Assembly (NCBI GenBank): GCA_002495525.1
Contig: DAFS01000033.1
Location: forward strand, 12,509 to 76,508
Origin: Euryarchaeota archaeon UBA89
Lineage (GTDB): Archaea > Thermoplasmatota > Poseidoniia > Poseidoniales > Thalassarchaeaceae
Direction of reading: 5' to 3'
Length of the DNA: 64,000 nucleotides
Notes under the pieces: model-generated
Told to the model about the DNA's origin: nothing
What the model saw: only the letters and a program-made list of their open reading frames with translations
The model's database searches: none
Shown here: one piece after another, positions 1 to 9,625 of the stretch
Numbering within the stretch: the stretch's first letter is position 1
Layout of the letters: each line of letters starts with the position of its first letter
Program-made: the position numbers and the translations under genes

Positions 1-2
1 TT

Positions 3-140
3 GACCCAATATTTGTTGCAGAACATGCAATTTCAGGAGCTACAGAAGCCGCAATTAGCATCTTAAGGATTGACGATGTGTTGTGGGCAAAAAAGGGACC
101 TGAAACCCCGGATTGGAGTAACCAAATTGAAGATAATTAA
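3..140 (+). CDS. 3' end of a CDS running in from the left edge (frame 3; ...DPIFVAEHAISGATEAAISILRIDDVLWAKKGPETPDWSNQIEDN*); product unknown
   Basis: Open frame from the window edge to TAA at 138-140. Convergent with the tdh-like gene. No recognisable motif. Confidence 0.35.
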   Translation, partial: DPIFVAEHAISGATEAAISILRIDDVLWAKKGPETPDWSNQIEDN

Positions 141-142
141 CA

Positions 143-1102
143 TTATTTTAAGTTGGTAATCATTTCATTAACTATAGATTCTAAATCGAATCTCGATTGC
201 CAATTCCAATCATTTCTTGAGATTTGATCATCTATCGAATCAGGCCATGAATCAGCATAATTTTGGCGTATATCAGGTTTATATTTACAAACAAAATTAG
301 GTAATTTCTTATTTATCTCAAATACTAATTCTTCAGGAGTGAATGAAACTCCAGAAATATTGTATCCACATCGAGATGAACTTAGTGATTCAATGGGTTC
401 GTCCATCAATGATATTGTGGCTCTAATTGCATCATCCATATACATCATTGGGAGACGTGTCTGAGCATTAAGGAAGCAATCATATGTTGATTTCTCTGAA
501 AGTGCTGCATGAAATATATCTACTGCATAATCTGTAGTTCCGCCACTAACAGGTGATTTCCAAGATATTAGACCTGGATATCTGATCCCTCTAACATCTA
601 CTCCATATTTCTCAAAATAAATCATCCCTAAAATTTCACAGTCAACTTTAGTCATTCCATATTTAGTAGTTGGATTTAGAGGTGTTATTTGAGGTGCTTT
701 TCTCGGTGTATCAGGGCCGAATACAGCAATAGAAGATGGGGCAAAAATACGTAGATTAAATTCTCTGGCTGCGTCCAAAATATTTCTCGTACCTTCTAGA
801 TTAATCATTTCACATAAATCTGAATTTTCCTCGCATTTAGCAGAAAGTATTGCAGCCAAGTGGTAAATGATTCTAATTTCTTTTTCGACTACTAATTTGA
901 AAATTTTATCTTTGTCCAATACATCTAGATTTGTATATGGGCCGTTTTCGATACATGGATGGCCTTGTTTTTCTCTAATATCTGTGGCAATAACAGTTTC
1001 AGAACCATGAATATCCCTTAACGATTGTACTAAGTCAGTACCAATTTGACCAAGGGCTCCTGTGACCAATATTCGACCGCCCTCGTGTCCGACCATAGAC
1101 AA
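143..1102 (-). CDS. tdh: L-threonine 3-dehydrogenase, NAD-dependent epimerase/dehydratase (extended SDR, GalE-like) family
   Basis: N-terminal Rossmann motif RILVTGALGQIGTDL, a YxxxK-type catalytic region (TKYGMTK) and overall SDR-epimerase-like layout typical of the UDP-glucose-epimerase-like TDH family. Confidence 0.75.
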   Translation of the reverse strand: MSMVGHEGGRILVTGALGQIGTDLVQSLRDIHGSETVIATDIREKQGHPCIENGPYTNLDVLDKDKIFKLVVEKEIRIIYHLAAILSAKCEENSDLCEMINLEGTRNILDAAREFNLRIFAPSSIAVFGPDTPRKAPQITPLNPTTKYGMTKVDCEILGMIYFEKYGVDVRGIRYPGLISWKSPVSGGTTDYAVDIFHAALSEKSTYDCFLNAQTRLPMMYMDDAIRATISLMDEPIESLSSSRCGYNISGVSFTPEELVFEINKKLPNFVCKYKPDIRQNYADSWPDSIDDQISRNDWNWQSRFDLESIVNEMITNLK

Positions 1103-1119
1103 CCGAAGAGAAGGAGATA

Positions 1120-1159
1120 CTTAGACTTAGCAAACATAGTTTTTTGGACTAAGTCTAAG
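1120..1159. promoter_or_regulatory. Perfect 11-bp inverted repeat CTTAGACTTAG-N18-CTAAGTCTAAG in the tdh/pyrG divergent intergenic region; candidate operator
   Basis: Read directly: arm 1 at 1120-1130 and arm 2 at 1149-1159 are exact reverse complements. Confidence 0.5.
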
Positions 1160-1205
1160 GAATGTTCATAGGCGAGGTATGTTGGCTTCAAACCCCGTTG
1201 ATTGA

Positions 1206-2861
1206 ATGAAGTATGTTGTTGTCACGGGAGGCGTCCTATCTGGACTTGGTAAAGGGATAACAGCGAGTAGCATAGGTGTATTGCTAAAATCCGCAGGACT
1301 GAGCGTCACTTCTGTGAAGATTGATCCGTACCTCAATTGTGATGCAGGGACTATGTCACCATTCGAACATGGCGAAGTATATGTTTTGGATGATGGCGGC
1401 GAAGTTGACTTGGATTTAGGAAACTATGAAAGATTTTTAGATATCTCTCTTACCAAGGACCATAATATAACCACTGGAAAAGTCTACAAATCTGTTATTG
1501 AGAGGGAGAGGAAAGGAGATTATTTGGGAAAAACAGTACAAGTAATCCCACATATCACAAATGAAATTCAAGAATGGATAGAAAGAGTAGCTAATACACC
1601 AAGTGATGGATCAAATAGTACTCCAGATGCTTGTGTAATTGAATTGGGGGGGACTGTAGGAGATATTGAAAGTGCACCATTCATAGAGGCATTGAGACAA
1701 TTTCAATTTAGAGTTGGGAAAGAGAATATTTGCTTTGTGCATGTAAGTTTAGTTCCTGTGATGGGGCCAGTGGGTGAACAGAAAACCAAACCTACTCAAC
1801 ATACTGTGAAAGAGCTAAGAGGACTAGGAATTATCCCTGATATTCTCGTTTGTAGATCCGAAAATCCATTAGATGATGAGACAAGAGAAAAGTTAGCTGC
1901 TTTTTGTCATGTGCCTCCAGGTGCAGTTGTTTCAGCTCATGATGTATCGAACATATATCGAATTCCGATTCTTTTAGATGAACAAGGAGTGAGTAATGTA
2001 CTTTCTAATGAAATAAATTTTGATTTACCTGACTCGAGACCCCTACTAGATGATTGGATAAAAATGGCTGAAACTGTAGATAATCTCGAGGAAGTTGTAA
2101 AAATTGCAATGGTAGGTAAGTATACTGGACTTTCTGATTCGTATCTTAGTGTCATCAAAGCACTACAACATTCATCATTTGAAGTAAATCGTAAACTTGA
2201 GATTAATTGGATAGAGGCAGAAAATTTAGATGAAAAAATAAAGAAAGAAAGTCTTGAAAAATATACAGAAGCATGGGATATCCTAAAGAATTCTGATGGA
2301 ATCCTAGTTCCAGGAGGTTTTGGAATTAGGGGAATTGAGGGGAAGATAAAAGCCGCAGAATATGCTAGAGTGAATAAAATACCATATCTAGGAGTATGTT
2401 TAGGTTTACAAATAGCGACTATTGAGTTCTGTAGGAATGTGTTAGGTATGGAAAATGCAAACTCTACAGAATTTGATGAGAATACTCCACAACCAGCAGT
2501 AGTATTCATGCCAGAGATATCAAAGACACATATGGGCGGTACGATGAGATTGGGCACAAAACCAACGCCATTCTTAGTAGATGATTGTAAAATAAAAAGA
2601 CTCTATGGGAATCAATCTTATGTCGATGAAAGACACCGTCATAGATACGAAGTGAATCCGAAATTAATATCTAAAATTGAAAATGCAGGATTGATCTATG
2701 TAGGTAAAGATGAAACAGGTCAAAGGTGTGAAATTATGGAGTTAGAAGATCATCCATATTACGTAGGGACACAATATCATCCTGAATTTAAATCAAGGCC
2801 AGGTAGACCCAGCCCTCCTTTTTTAGGGCTCTTAATGGCTTCAATAGGACAAAAAATTTGA
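1206..2861 (+). CDS. pyrG: CTP synthase (glutamine-hydrolysing)
   Basis: N-terminus [22 protein letters not shown], glutamine amidotransferase region GVCLGLQ and the C-terminal GTQYHPEF motif. Length 551 aa fits CTP synthase. Confidence 0.95.
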   Translation: MKYVVVTGGVLSGLGKGITASSIGVLLKSAGLSVTSVKIDPYLNCDAGTMSPFEHGEVYVLDDGGEVDLDLGNYERFLDISLTKDHNITTGKVYKSVIERERKGDYLGKTVQVIPHITNEIQEWIERVANTPSDGSNSTPDACVIELGGTVGDIESAPFIEALRQFQFRVGKENICFVHVSLVPVMGPVGEQKTKPTQHTVKELRGLGIIPDILVCRSENPLDDETREKLAAFCHVPPGAVVSAHDVSNIYRIPILLDEQGVSNVLSNEINFDLPDSRPLLDDWIKMAETVDNLEEVVKIAMVGKYTGLSDSYLSVIKALQHSSFEVNRKLEINWIEAENLDEKIKKESLEKYTEAWDILKNSDGILVPGGFGIRGIEGKIKAAEYARVNKIPYLGVCLGLQIATIEFCRNVLGMENANSTEFDENTPQPAVVFMPEISKTHMGGTMRLGTKPTPFLVDDCKIKRLYGNQSYVDERHRHRYEVNPKLISKIENAGLIYVGKDETGQRCEIMELEDHPYYVGTQYHPEFKSRPGRPSPPFLGLLMASIGQKI

Positions 2862-2862
2862 A

Positions 2863-4008
2863 TCAATCGACAATTATGGGTAGAACTCTAGTGGTTCTGT
2901 AACCTTGCAGTACTTTCATATATTTCTTCTTAGAAAAATTTTCATCTAATTTTTTATCCCCAGTTTCTATTCGCAGACGACGAACTGAAATTAATTTGGC
3001 AGGAGTAACTACGCCCAATATTTCATCAATTGATATCTTTCTTAGAACACTTGGAGATAATTGTAAATTACCCCTACCAATAAGAAAACCTTGACCTCCC
3101 ATTGGAGAAAGAAGCAAAGTTACTTCGCCTTTGTGTGAAGATAGAATCTCAATCAGTTGTTCTTCATTAAGATCCGTTCCTATCTGCTTATTTCCTAATG
3201 TGGCATCGATTCCTAGCACTGTACCTTCAAATCCTATCATATTCGAGATTGTTCTTAATGTCCCACCTGAACCCCAAATAATGAGTCTTTGTTCATCTAT
3301 CAATAACTCTCGGATATGGTCGGCAAGTCCTTCAATAATTTCTTCTTCACCTGTTGCCTCTACTCGCATTTTAGCGCCTTGCATCCATCTTGGTGATGCT
3401 GGTGTTTTAACTTCAGCATACAATCTAACCACCCATTCACCATTACGATACTTATCTTCATCTAAATCAAGAACTTCTGTGCTAGATAACAATAGTTCCC
3501 CATTCATCCATGATGAAAGTACTTCAGCTCCTGCTTTGGGAGATGAAGCAAAGCATCCAGAATGCATCTTTACACCACATGGAATACCAATAACCGGTAT
3601 TATTGATTTTTTGAGAGAATCTAATGTAGATACTATATCTCTCGTAGTTCCGTCACCACCTGCATATAGTATCAAATCTACCTTTGAATCTATTAGTAGA
3701 GATACCAATTCGAATGTATCAGATTGAGTTGTAGTTCCAGAAGATTCATGAATAAAATTAAAATTACCAATTGATATATCGTTGGGCATCCATTCACTAC
3801 CCATTCTACCTTTACTTGTATACCATTGAATCTCTTGTTTATCATCGTAAATTTTACTAAAATATTTTAGCGCATCTCTTACTCTTGGACCTGCTCTATC
3901 TTTTGCACCCATTGAACGCGCATATTTTGCTTGGCCATCAGAGCCCTTGAGTCCTAATCTACCACCTAAACCAGCATCAGGATTCACAAGTAAGCCGATA
4001 CGAACCAT
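2863..4008 (-). CDS. ATP-NAD kinase-like protein (GGDGT motif; predicted polyphosphate/ATP-NAD kinase family, COG3199-like)
   Basis: GGDGT motif (LILYAGGDGTTRD) characteristic of the NAD kinase/DAG kinase catalytic fold. The ~380 aa architecture resembles archaeal NAD-kinase-like proteins. Confidence 0.6.
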   Translation of the reverse strand: MVRIGLLVNPDAGLGGRLGLKGSDGQAKYARSMGAKDRAGPRVRDALKYFSKIYDDKQEIQWYTSKGRMGSEWMPNDISIGNFNFIHESSGTTTQSDTFELVSLLIDSKVDLILYAGGDGTTRDIVSTLDSLKKSIIPVIGIPCGVKMHSGCFASSPKAGAEVLSSWMNGELLLSSTEVLDLDEDKYRNGEWVVRLYAEVKTPASPRWMQGAKMRVEATGEEEIIEGLADHIRELLIDEQRLIIWGSGGTLRTISNMIGFEGTVLGIDATLGNKQIGTDLNEEQLIEILSSHKGEVTLLLSPMGGQGFLIGRGNLQLSPSVLRKISIDEILGVVTPAKLISVRRLRIETGDKKLDENFSKKKYMKVLQGYRTTRVLPIIVD

Positions 4009-4060
4009 GTTACTCGCAAAGGGCGTGTGTTAAAATCAATACAGCCTATGGGTTTACTGT

Positions 4061-4969
4061 ATGCGCATCGTAATTGCACTCGGTGGAAATGCTCTTCTTC
4101 GTAGAGGAGAGAAGATGACTGCAGATAATCAAAGAGAAAATATCAGAATTGCAGCGAGAGCTTTAGCACCAATAATCGAGGAGCATGAAGTAGTGATTAG
4201 TCATGGAAATGGACCTCAGGTAGGTCTTCTCTCATTACAGTCAGCCGCTTACAAAGAAGTTGAAGAGTACCCACTCGATATCTTAGGAGCACAGACTCAA
4301 GGTATGATTGGTTATATGATTGAGCAAGAATTGGGTAATTTACTACCAATCGGAAAACCTATTGCATCTATTCTAACAATGGTAGAAATAGATCCTGAAG
4401 ACCCAGCCTTTTCAAATCCTACAAAACCTATTGGACCTGTGTATTCAGAGAAAGAAGCTAGACAATTAGCAGAAAATAAAGGCTGGGATATTAAACAAGA
4501 TGGAAAATATTGGAGAAGAGTTGTTCCTTCACCCGAACCTCATCGAATTTTTGAATTGAGACCTATACATTGGTTATTGGAAAAGGGAACTGTAGTAATA
4601 TGTGCTGGCGGAGGAGGAATCCCTACTTCTTATGTTAAAAAAGGTAAATTAGAAGGTGTTGAGGTAGTAATAGATAAAGATAGAGCCAGTTCTTTACTGG
4701 CTTTTGAATTAGATGCTGACTTACTAATTATGGCTACTGATACAGACGGAGTATATACTGATTGGGGAGGAGATTCACAAGAAATTATTTCAAAAACAAC
4801 ACCCGAAGAAATAGGCCAATATACATTTGATAAAGGCTCAATGGGGCCAAAAGTTGAGGCTGCCTGTACCTTTGTTGAACGCTCAGGGCAGAGAGCGGTA
4901 ATTGGCTCCCTAAATGACTTAAAGAAAATGGTGGATAACTTAGCGGGAACACAATTTACACTGGAATAA
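4061..4969 (+). CDS. arcC: Carbamate kinase
   Basis: [14 protein letters not shown]-terminus, amino-acid kinase family motifs ([16 protein letters not shown]); length ~300 aa. Confidence 0.9.
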   Translation: MRIVIALGGNALLRRGEKMTADNQRENIRIAARALAPIIEEHEVVISHGNGPQVGLLSLQSAAYKEVEEYPLDILGAQTQGMIGYMIEQELGNLLPIGKPIASILTMVEIDPEDPAFSNPTKPIGPVYSEKEARQLAENKGWDIKQDGKYWRRVVPSPEPHRIFELRPIHWLLEKGTVVICAGGGGIPTSYVKKGKLEGVEVVIDKDRASSLLAFELDADLLIMATDTDGVYTDWGGDSQEIISKTTPEEIGQYTFDKGSMGPKVEAACTFVERSGQRAVIGSLNDLKKMVDNLAGTQFTLE

Positions 4970-5044
4970 CATTTAGATTTGTAAATTAATAAGCAAGGTA
5001 TTCATATCATTGTTGTGACGGGATAGATTACGGAGACCCAGTCT

Positions 5045-7009
5045 ATGTCGATGATTGAAGTACAAATCAATGATAAAGAAACACATCAATATGCTTCTGG
5101 AATTACTGCTGGAGATATCTTACTAAATGTATATGGGAAAAGAAATGGTGCTGTTGCGGCAAATATTAATGGCGTAGAAAGAGATATGTCATTTATAATT
5201 AATGAAAATTGTAAAATTGAGCCTATTTTAGGCGATTCAGAAGAAGGATTGTATATTCTAAGGCATTCTTGTGCACATTTACTTGCGCAGGCTGTTGTTG
5301 AAATGTTCCCAGATGCTAAGCCTACGATTGGACCACCGATTGAACATGGATTCTACTATGACTTTCATATGAAGCCTATTGGAGATAACGATCTCAAGAA
5401 AATTGAGAAAAGAATGGGGCAACTTGTACGAGAAAATATTACCATCCAAAGAGAAGAACATGAGAATAATGATTTGAGGGAAATGTTCAAAGAAAATAAA
5501 TTCAAGATAGAAATTATGGATGAGAAAATTGGAAATGAAGTTGGTTCAACTGCTTACAGGCAAGGTGATTTTGTAGATCTTTGCAGAGGTCCGCATGTTC
5601 CATCGACTTCTCACCTTAGGTGGTTCAAGCTAACAAGTACAAGTCAAGCATATTGGCGCGCGGATAGGAATAGAGAACCTCTGACACGTATTTATGGAAT
5701 GTGTTATTCTAGCAAAGAAGGTTTGAAAGAGAGACAAAGACAAATTGAAGAAGCTAGTAAAAGAGATCATAAAAAAATCGGGAAAGAAATGGAACTTTAC
5801 ATGATTGACGAAATGATTGGTAAAGGATTACCGGTTTGGCTACCAAATGGCGAAGTTTTAAAGTCAGAAATAGAAAAATATGCTTTAGAAACTGAGGATA
5901 GATATGGATATGATAGAGTAACAACTCCAGTCCTGGCTAAGAAAGAATTATTTGAGTGCAGCGGGCATCTTCCTCATTATGCAGAAGGGATGTATCCACC
6001 AATGGAAATGGATGATGGGACATATTACCTAAAAGCTATGAATTGTCCAATGCATCATTTAGTCTTTAGTAACAAAAAGAGGTCATATAGAGAACTCCCA
6101 TTGAGAATTGCAGAATATGGGACAGTATATAGAAATGAAATGTCTGGCACTTTAGCGGGTCTATTAAGAGTTAGAATGTTATCAATGAATGATGCGCATA
6201 TTTACTGTACTCTTGAACAAGTTGGACAAGAAGTTGCAAGTAATATCAAAATGGTTCAAGATTACTATTCCTCATTTGGATTCGAGAATTATCATTTCCG
6301 ATTATCTCTTTGGGATCCTGAAAATACTGACAAATACATTGAGCAACCTGAAAACTGGAATTCAACACAAGATCATCTAAGGAAAATTCTGAATGAGCTG
6401 GGAGTACCCTATATTGAAGCAATTGGCGAGGCTGCATTCTATGGCCCTAAAATTGATATTCAGTTTACAACTGCGTTAGGAAGAGAAGAATCAATGTCAA
6501 CAATACAACTAGATTTTGCTGCTAAGGAGCGTTTTCAACTAACATATAAAGATGAGAATGGAGAAGAAAATGGAGAAGTATTTGTGATTCACAGGGCACC
6601 ACTATCGACTCATGAAAGATTTGTCGCATTCCTAACAGAACATTGGGCAGGAAACTTTCCAACTTGGCTGTCTCCAAAGCAAATCCAGATAATAACAATT
6701 TCAGAAAAACAAAAGCAGTATGCTAAGGAAGTTGAGGAATCTTTGATAGAAATCGGGGTCAGAGTATCTGTCGACGATTCGGATGCAACTATTGGGAAAA
6801 AAATTCGTATGCATAGAAAAATGCGCCCCGCATATATGTTAATTCTTGGTGAAGATGAACAAAAGGAAAAGACTGTTTCAATTAGAATAGACCGGAAAGG
6901 AGAGCCGAGAAGTGGTGAACAATGCAATGGTGTACCTCTAAACGAATTTTTAGAAAATTTATCTAAGGAGATTTCCTCGAAAAGTAAAGATTTATCATTA
7001 GTAAAATGA
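5045..7009 (+). CDS. thrS: Threonyl-tRNA synthetase, bacterial-type (TGS domain plus N2 editing domain with HxxxH)
   Basis: N-terminal TGS-like domain, RHSCAHLLAQAV editing-site histidines, class II core motifs (RDHKKIGKEMELY; FRNEMSG; GPKIDI) and a C-terminal anticodon-binding domain. 654 aa. Confidence 0.93.
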   Translation: MSMIEVQINDKETHQYASGITAGDILLNVYGKRNGAVAANINGVERDMSFIINENCKIEPILGDSEEGLYILRHSCAHLLAQAVVEMFPDAKPTIGPPIEHGFYYDFHMKPIGDNDLKKIEKRMGQLVRENITIQREEHENNDLREMFKENKFKIEIMDEKIGNEVGSTAYRQGDFVDLCRGPHVPSTSHLRWFKLTSTSQAYWRADRNREPLTRIYGMCYSSKEGLKERQRQIEEASKRDHKKIGKEMELYMIDEMIGKGLPVWLPNGEVLKSEIEKYALETEDRYGYDRVTTPVLAKKELFECSGHLPHYAEGMYPPMEMDDGTYYLKAMNCPMHHLVFSNKKRSYRELPLRIAEYGTVYRNEMSGTLAGLLRVRMLSMNDAHIYCTLEQVGQEVASNIKMVQDYYSSFGFENYHFRLSLWDPENTDKYIEQPENWNSTQDHLRKILNELGVPYIEAIGEAAFYGPKIDIQFTTALGREESMSTIQLDFAAKERFQLTYKDENGEENGEVFVIHRAPLSTHERFVAFLTEHWAGNFPTWLSPKQIQIITISEKQKQYAKEVEESLIEIGVRVSVDDSDATIGKKIRMHRKMRPAYMLILGEDEQKEKTVSIRIDRKGEPRSGEQCNGVPLNEFLENLSKEISSKSKDLSLVK

Positions 7010-7024
7010 TACTGAGGGTTTACA

Positions 7025-7858
7025 ATGGAAAGTAAAGAAATCGTAAACATTGCAGGTTATCGATTTGTGGATTTGGTTGACAGGGATGAATTAAGACAAC
7101 CATTCAGGTTTATTTGTGAAAAGCTAAATCTTAAAGGAACTATTTTACTAAGTAAAAATGGAATAAATTTCTTTCTTGCAGGGGAAAAAGAAGATATTGA
7201 TTCTTATATTAAATTCCTAGAATCTGATGAAAGATTCTTAGATATACCTCTAAAAATAAGTTATACAGATTATCAACCATTTCGAAGAATGCTTGTCAGA
7301 CTCAAGAAAGAAATTATTTCATTAGGGTTAGATGAAGTAAGACCATCTGAGTTCACTGCCCCTAATATCAGTCCTCGAGATTTCAAGAATATGTTAGATA
7401 AGAATGAAGATGTAATCATTTTAGATACAAGGAATGATTATGAAACCAAAGTGGGATTATTTGAAAATGCAATAGATTTAAATTTATCTACATTCAGAGA
7501 TTTTCCAGATGCTATTTCTCACTTACCTGAAGAATATAAAACGAAAGAAATAGTAATGTATTGTACTGGAGGAATAAGATGTGAAAAAGCATCAGTAGTA
7601 ATGATGAATGCTGGTTTCGAGAAGGTGAAACAATTAGAAGGAGGAGTTCTAGGATACTTTGAACAAACCGACGGCTCTTATTGGAAAGGAGATTGCTTTG
7701 TTTTCGACCAAAGAGTAGCAGTTGATAGCGAATTAAAAGAAACAGAATATTCAATGTGTTTTGCCTGTAGAGAACCGCTTACAGAACAAGAAAAGATATC
7801 TAAAAATTATAAATTGAATTCTTATTGCCCATATTGTATAGAGAAAAATAAACCTTAG
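7025..7858 (+). CDS. trhO: Rhodanese-domain protein, tRNA uridine(34) hydroxylase TrhO/YceA (UPF0176) family
   Basis: N-terminal UPF0176 domain (GYRFVDL...LKGTILLSKNGINFFLAG), rhodanese active-site loop CTGGIRCEKAS and a C-terminal Cys cluster (CFACRE...CPYC). Confidence 0.8.
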   Translation: MESKEIVNIAGYRFVDLVDRDELRQPFRFICEKLNLKGTILLSKNGINFFLAGEKEDIDSYIKFLESDERFLDIPLKISYTDYQPFRRMLVRLKKEIISLGLDEVRPSEFTAPNISPRDFKNMLDKNEDVIILDTRNDYETKVGLFENAIDLNLSTFRDFPDAISHLPEEYKTKEIVMYCTGGIRCEKASVVMMNAGFEKVKQLEGGVLGYFEQTDGSYWKGDCFVFDQRVAVDSELKETEYSMCFACREPLTEQEKISKNYKLNSYCPYCIEKNKP

Positions 7859-9573
7859 ATTCTTCTTCTAAGATTCTCGATAATTTCATCAGTCTTTCCT
7901 AATGAAGAAAGTGTTGAATCTATATCACCCTCATCTAAAAATCTCTTAGATTCAGAAATTTTCCTTTCAGCGTTTATCCGCATAGGATCATTAACTTTAA
8001 CACTGGAAGAATCGAGTTTTTTCCTTAAATCAATCCATTCACTTTCTACAAATGAATATAATTCCAGGGCTTCTGATTTTGATTTTTCATATTTTTGAAG
8101 ATTTTTAGTTAGTGTTTCTAGAAGATCAGATGCTTCAACCCAGTGTTCTAAGTTGACTTTAGTTTCAATATTTTCTAATTGATTTTTCCATTCTTCACCA
8201 GATGGCCCAGAAGGGAAACTCGCAACTAGTTTTTTCCTCTGTCTAAGACCTCGTTGCACATTCTGCATCGATTCAGATATCTTGTTTATATCTCGGAGAA
8301 TACTTGTTGCTAATCCTTTAGCAAGAGAAGAATTACCCGATTCTAGTGCAATCTTTGATTCCACTAGTCTTTCTTTTGTACTTACTGAAAAACTACCACC
8401 TACATCTTGAATCGCCTTCTCAGCTTCAATAATTGCTTCTTTAGCCTCTATCGTAGTAGATTCTAAACTTTCAAGATGGCCGGAAACTGAAGAAGCAATT
8501 TTTATTGCTTCTTCGGGGTTTTCTGACTCGAGTGCTTCCTTGGCAGAATCGATTATACTATTTATCGAGTCTAATTGGACTCCCGTAACAGTAGAAATTA
8601 ATTCTTCGGCGCTTGCTATTTTATCACTCGCATTTTGCCAGTGTTGAATAATTATCTCCGACCTCTTTTTTGATAGTCGAAAAAGTATCTCAGCCTCTCT
8701 TAAAGAACCAAAATCCGATTCTTTTTGCCCAGATTCAAATGCTTTCCTTGGACCATGAATACCAGGAGCAATGGATTCAGCTTTCTTCATGAAAAGATGT
8801 GTTTCTTGTTTAATTTCACCTAAATCTTTGGCCAAAGATTTGACTCTTTCAATTTCTTCTTCTGCAAGTAAAATTGCTGCAATACCCTTCTCAGGTTCAT
8901 TCCAACATTCTTCTCTTGCTTTCTTCAATATTGATGAGGCTTGCTCAAGCGAGATTCCCTGACTTCGTAAAAATAGGACCTGTTCCTCAACTAAATCAAG
9001 TTTCTTGATAAAATCTTTTCTAGATTTATGATTTTCGTCCTTAGATGCCAAATCTGGTATCATTGTAATTAGTATACAGGTAAAAACAATCATATAAATT
9101 TGTATTTCTGATGAAATAGAATACATTACTGATGCTGAAAAGGCAAGACCAAGAATACTAGTTAATCCTCTCCATTTCCTAGATGAATGAGTCTTTGATA
9201 GATTTTTCTTAGCAATGAACCATAGAAAAATAGCCAATAAGAGATAAATAGAACCTGAAATTAAAATATCATTGAATTTAAGATTAGAGAGTGATAATGC
9301 TAGCAAACAAGGGTAAGAAATATTAGCAATAACGCCTATCCTAGATTTCTGAATCAAACCATAGTCAATCAAGTCGATTATAACTAACGAAGAGATAAAT
9401 ATTAATGAAATTGGCCCTAATCGAGACAAAAGATCAGGAGCCCCAAACAAGCCTGAAAATAACCACCATGATGCAGAAAATATTAGTAAAAAAGTAACTG
9501 ATAATGCTATTCTCTCAACTCTTATTCGATGCTCGCGAATTACGCGATCAGGGTAGTCGGGCAGTAGAATCAC
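7855..9573 (-). CDS. Hypothetical membrane protein: ~6 N-terminal TM helices plus a ~400-aa alpha-helical/coiled-coil cytoplasmic domain
   Basis: Long ORF with a hydrophobic N-terminal third and a charged, heptad-like C-terminal region. No recognisable catalytic motif. Confidence 0.65.
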   Translation of the reverse strand: MILLPDYPDRVIREHRIRVERIALSVTFLLIFSASWWLFSGLFGAPDLLSRLGPISLIFISSLVIIDLIDYGLIQKSRIGVIANISYPCLLALSLSNLKFNDILISGSIYLLLAIFLWFIAKKNLSKTHSSRKWRGLTSILGLAFSASVMYSISSEIQIYMIVFTCILITMIPDLASKDENHKSRKDFIKKLDLVEEQVLFLRSQGISLEQASSILKKAREECWNEPEKGIAAILLAEEEIERVKSLAKDLGEIKQETHLFMKKAESIAPGIHGPRKAFESGQKESDFGSLREAEILFRLSKKRSEIIIQHWQNASDKIASAEELISTVTGVQLDSINSIIDSAKEALESENPEEAIKIASSVSGHLESLESTTIEAKEAIIEAEKAIQDVGGSFSVSTKERLVESKIALESGNSSLAKGLATSILRDINKISESMQNVQRGLRQRKKLVASFPSGPSGEEWKNQLENIETKVNLEHWVEASDLLETLTKNLQKYEKSKSEALELYSFVESEWIDLRKKLDSSSVKVNDPMRINAERKISESKRFLDEGDIDSTLSSLGKTDEIIENLRRRI

Positions 9574-9625
9574 AGTATTTCACCATATGTTATGACTCAT
9601 GAGTTCTGCGGATATATGTCTCAAA

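Noticed and set aside
1937-2557. 206-aa ORF antisense inside pyrG, along with many similar 60–250 aa ORFs antisense to thrS, cdc48, lhr and the nuo genes
   Set aside because: These are fully embedded in well-supported conserved genes on the opposite strand. Their low-complexity Ser/Ile-rich translations are typical of AT-rich antisense frames and show no motifs.
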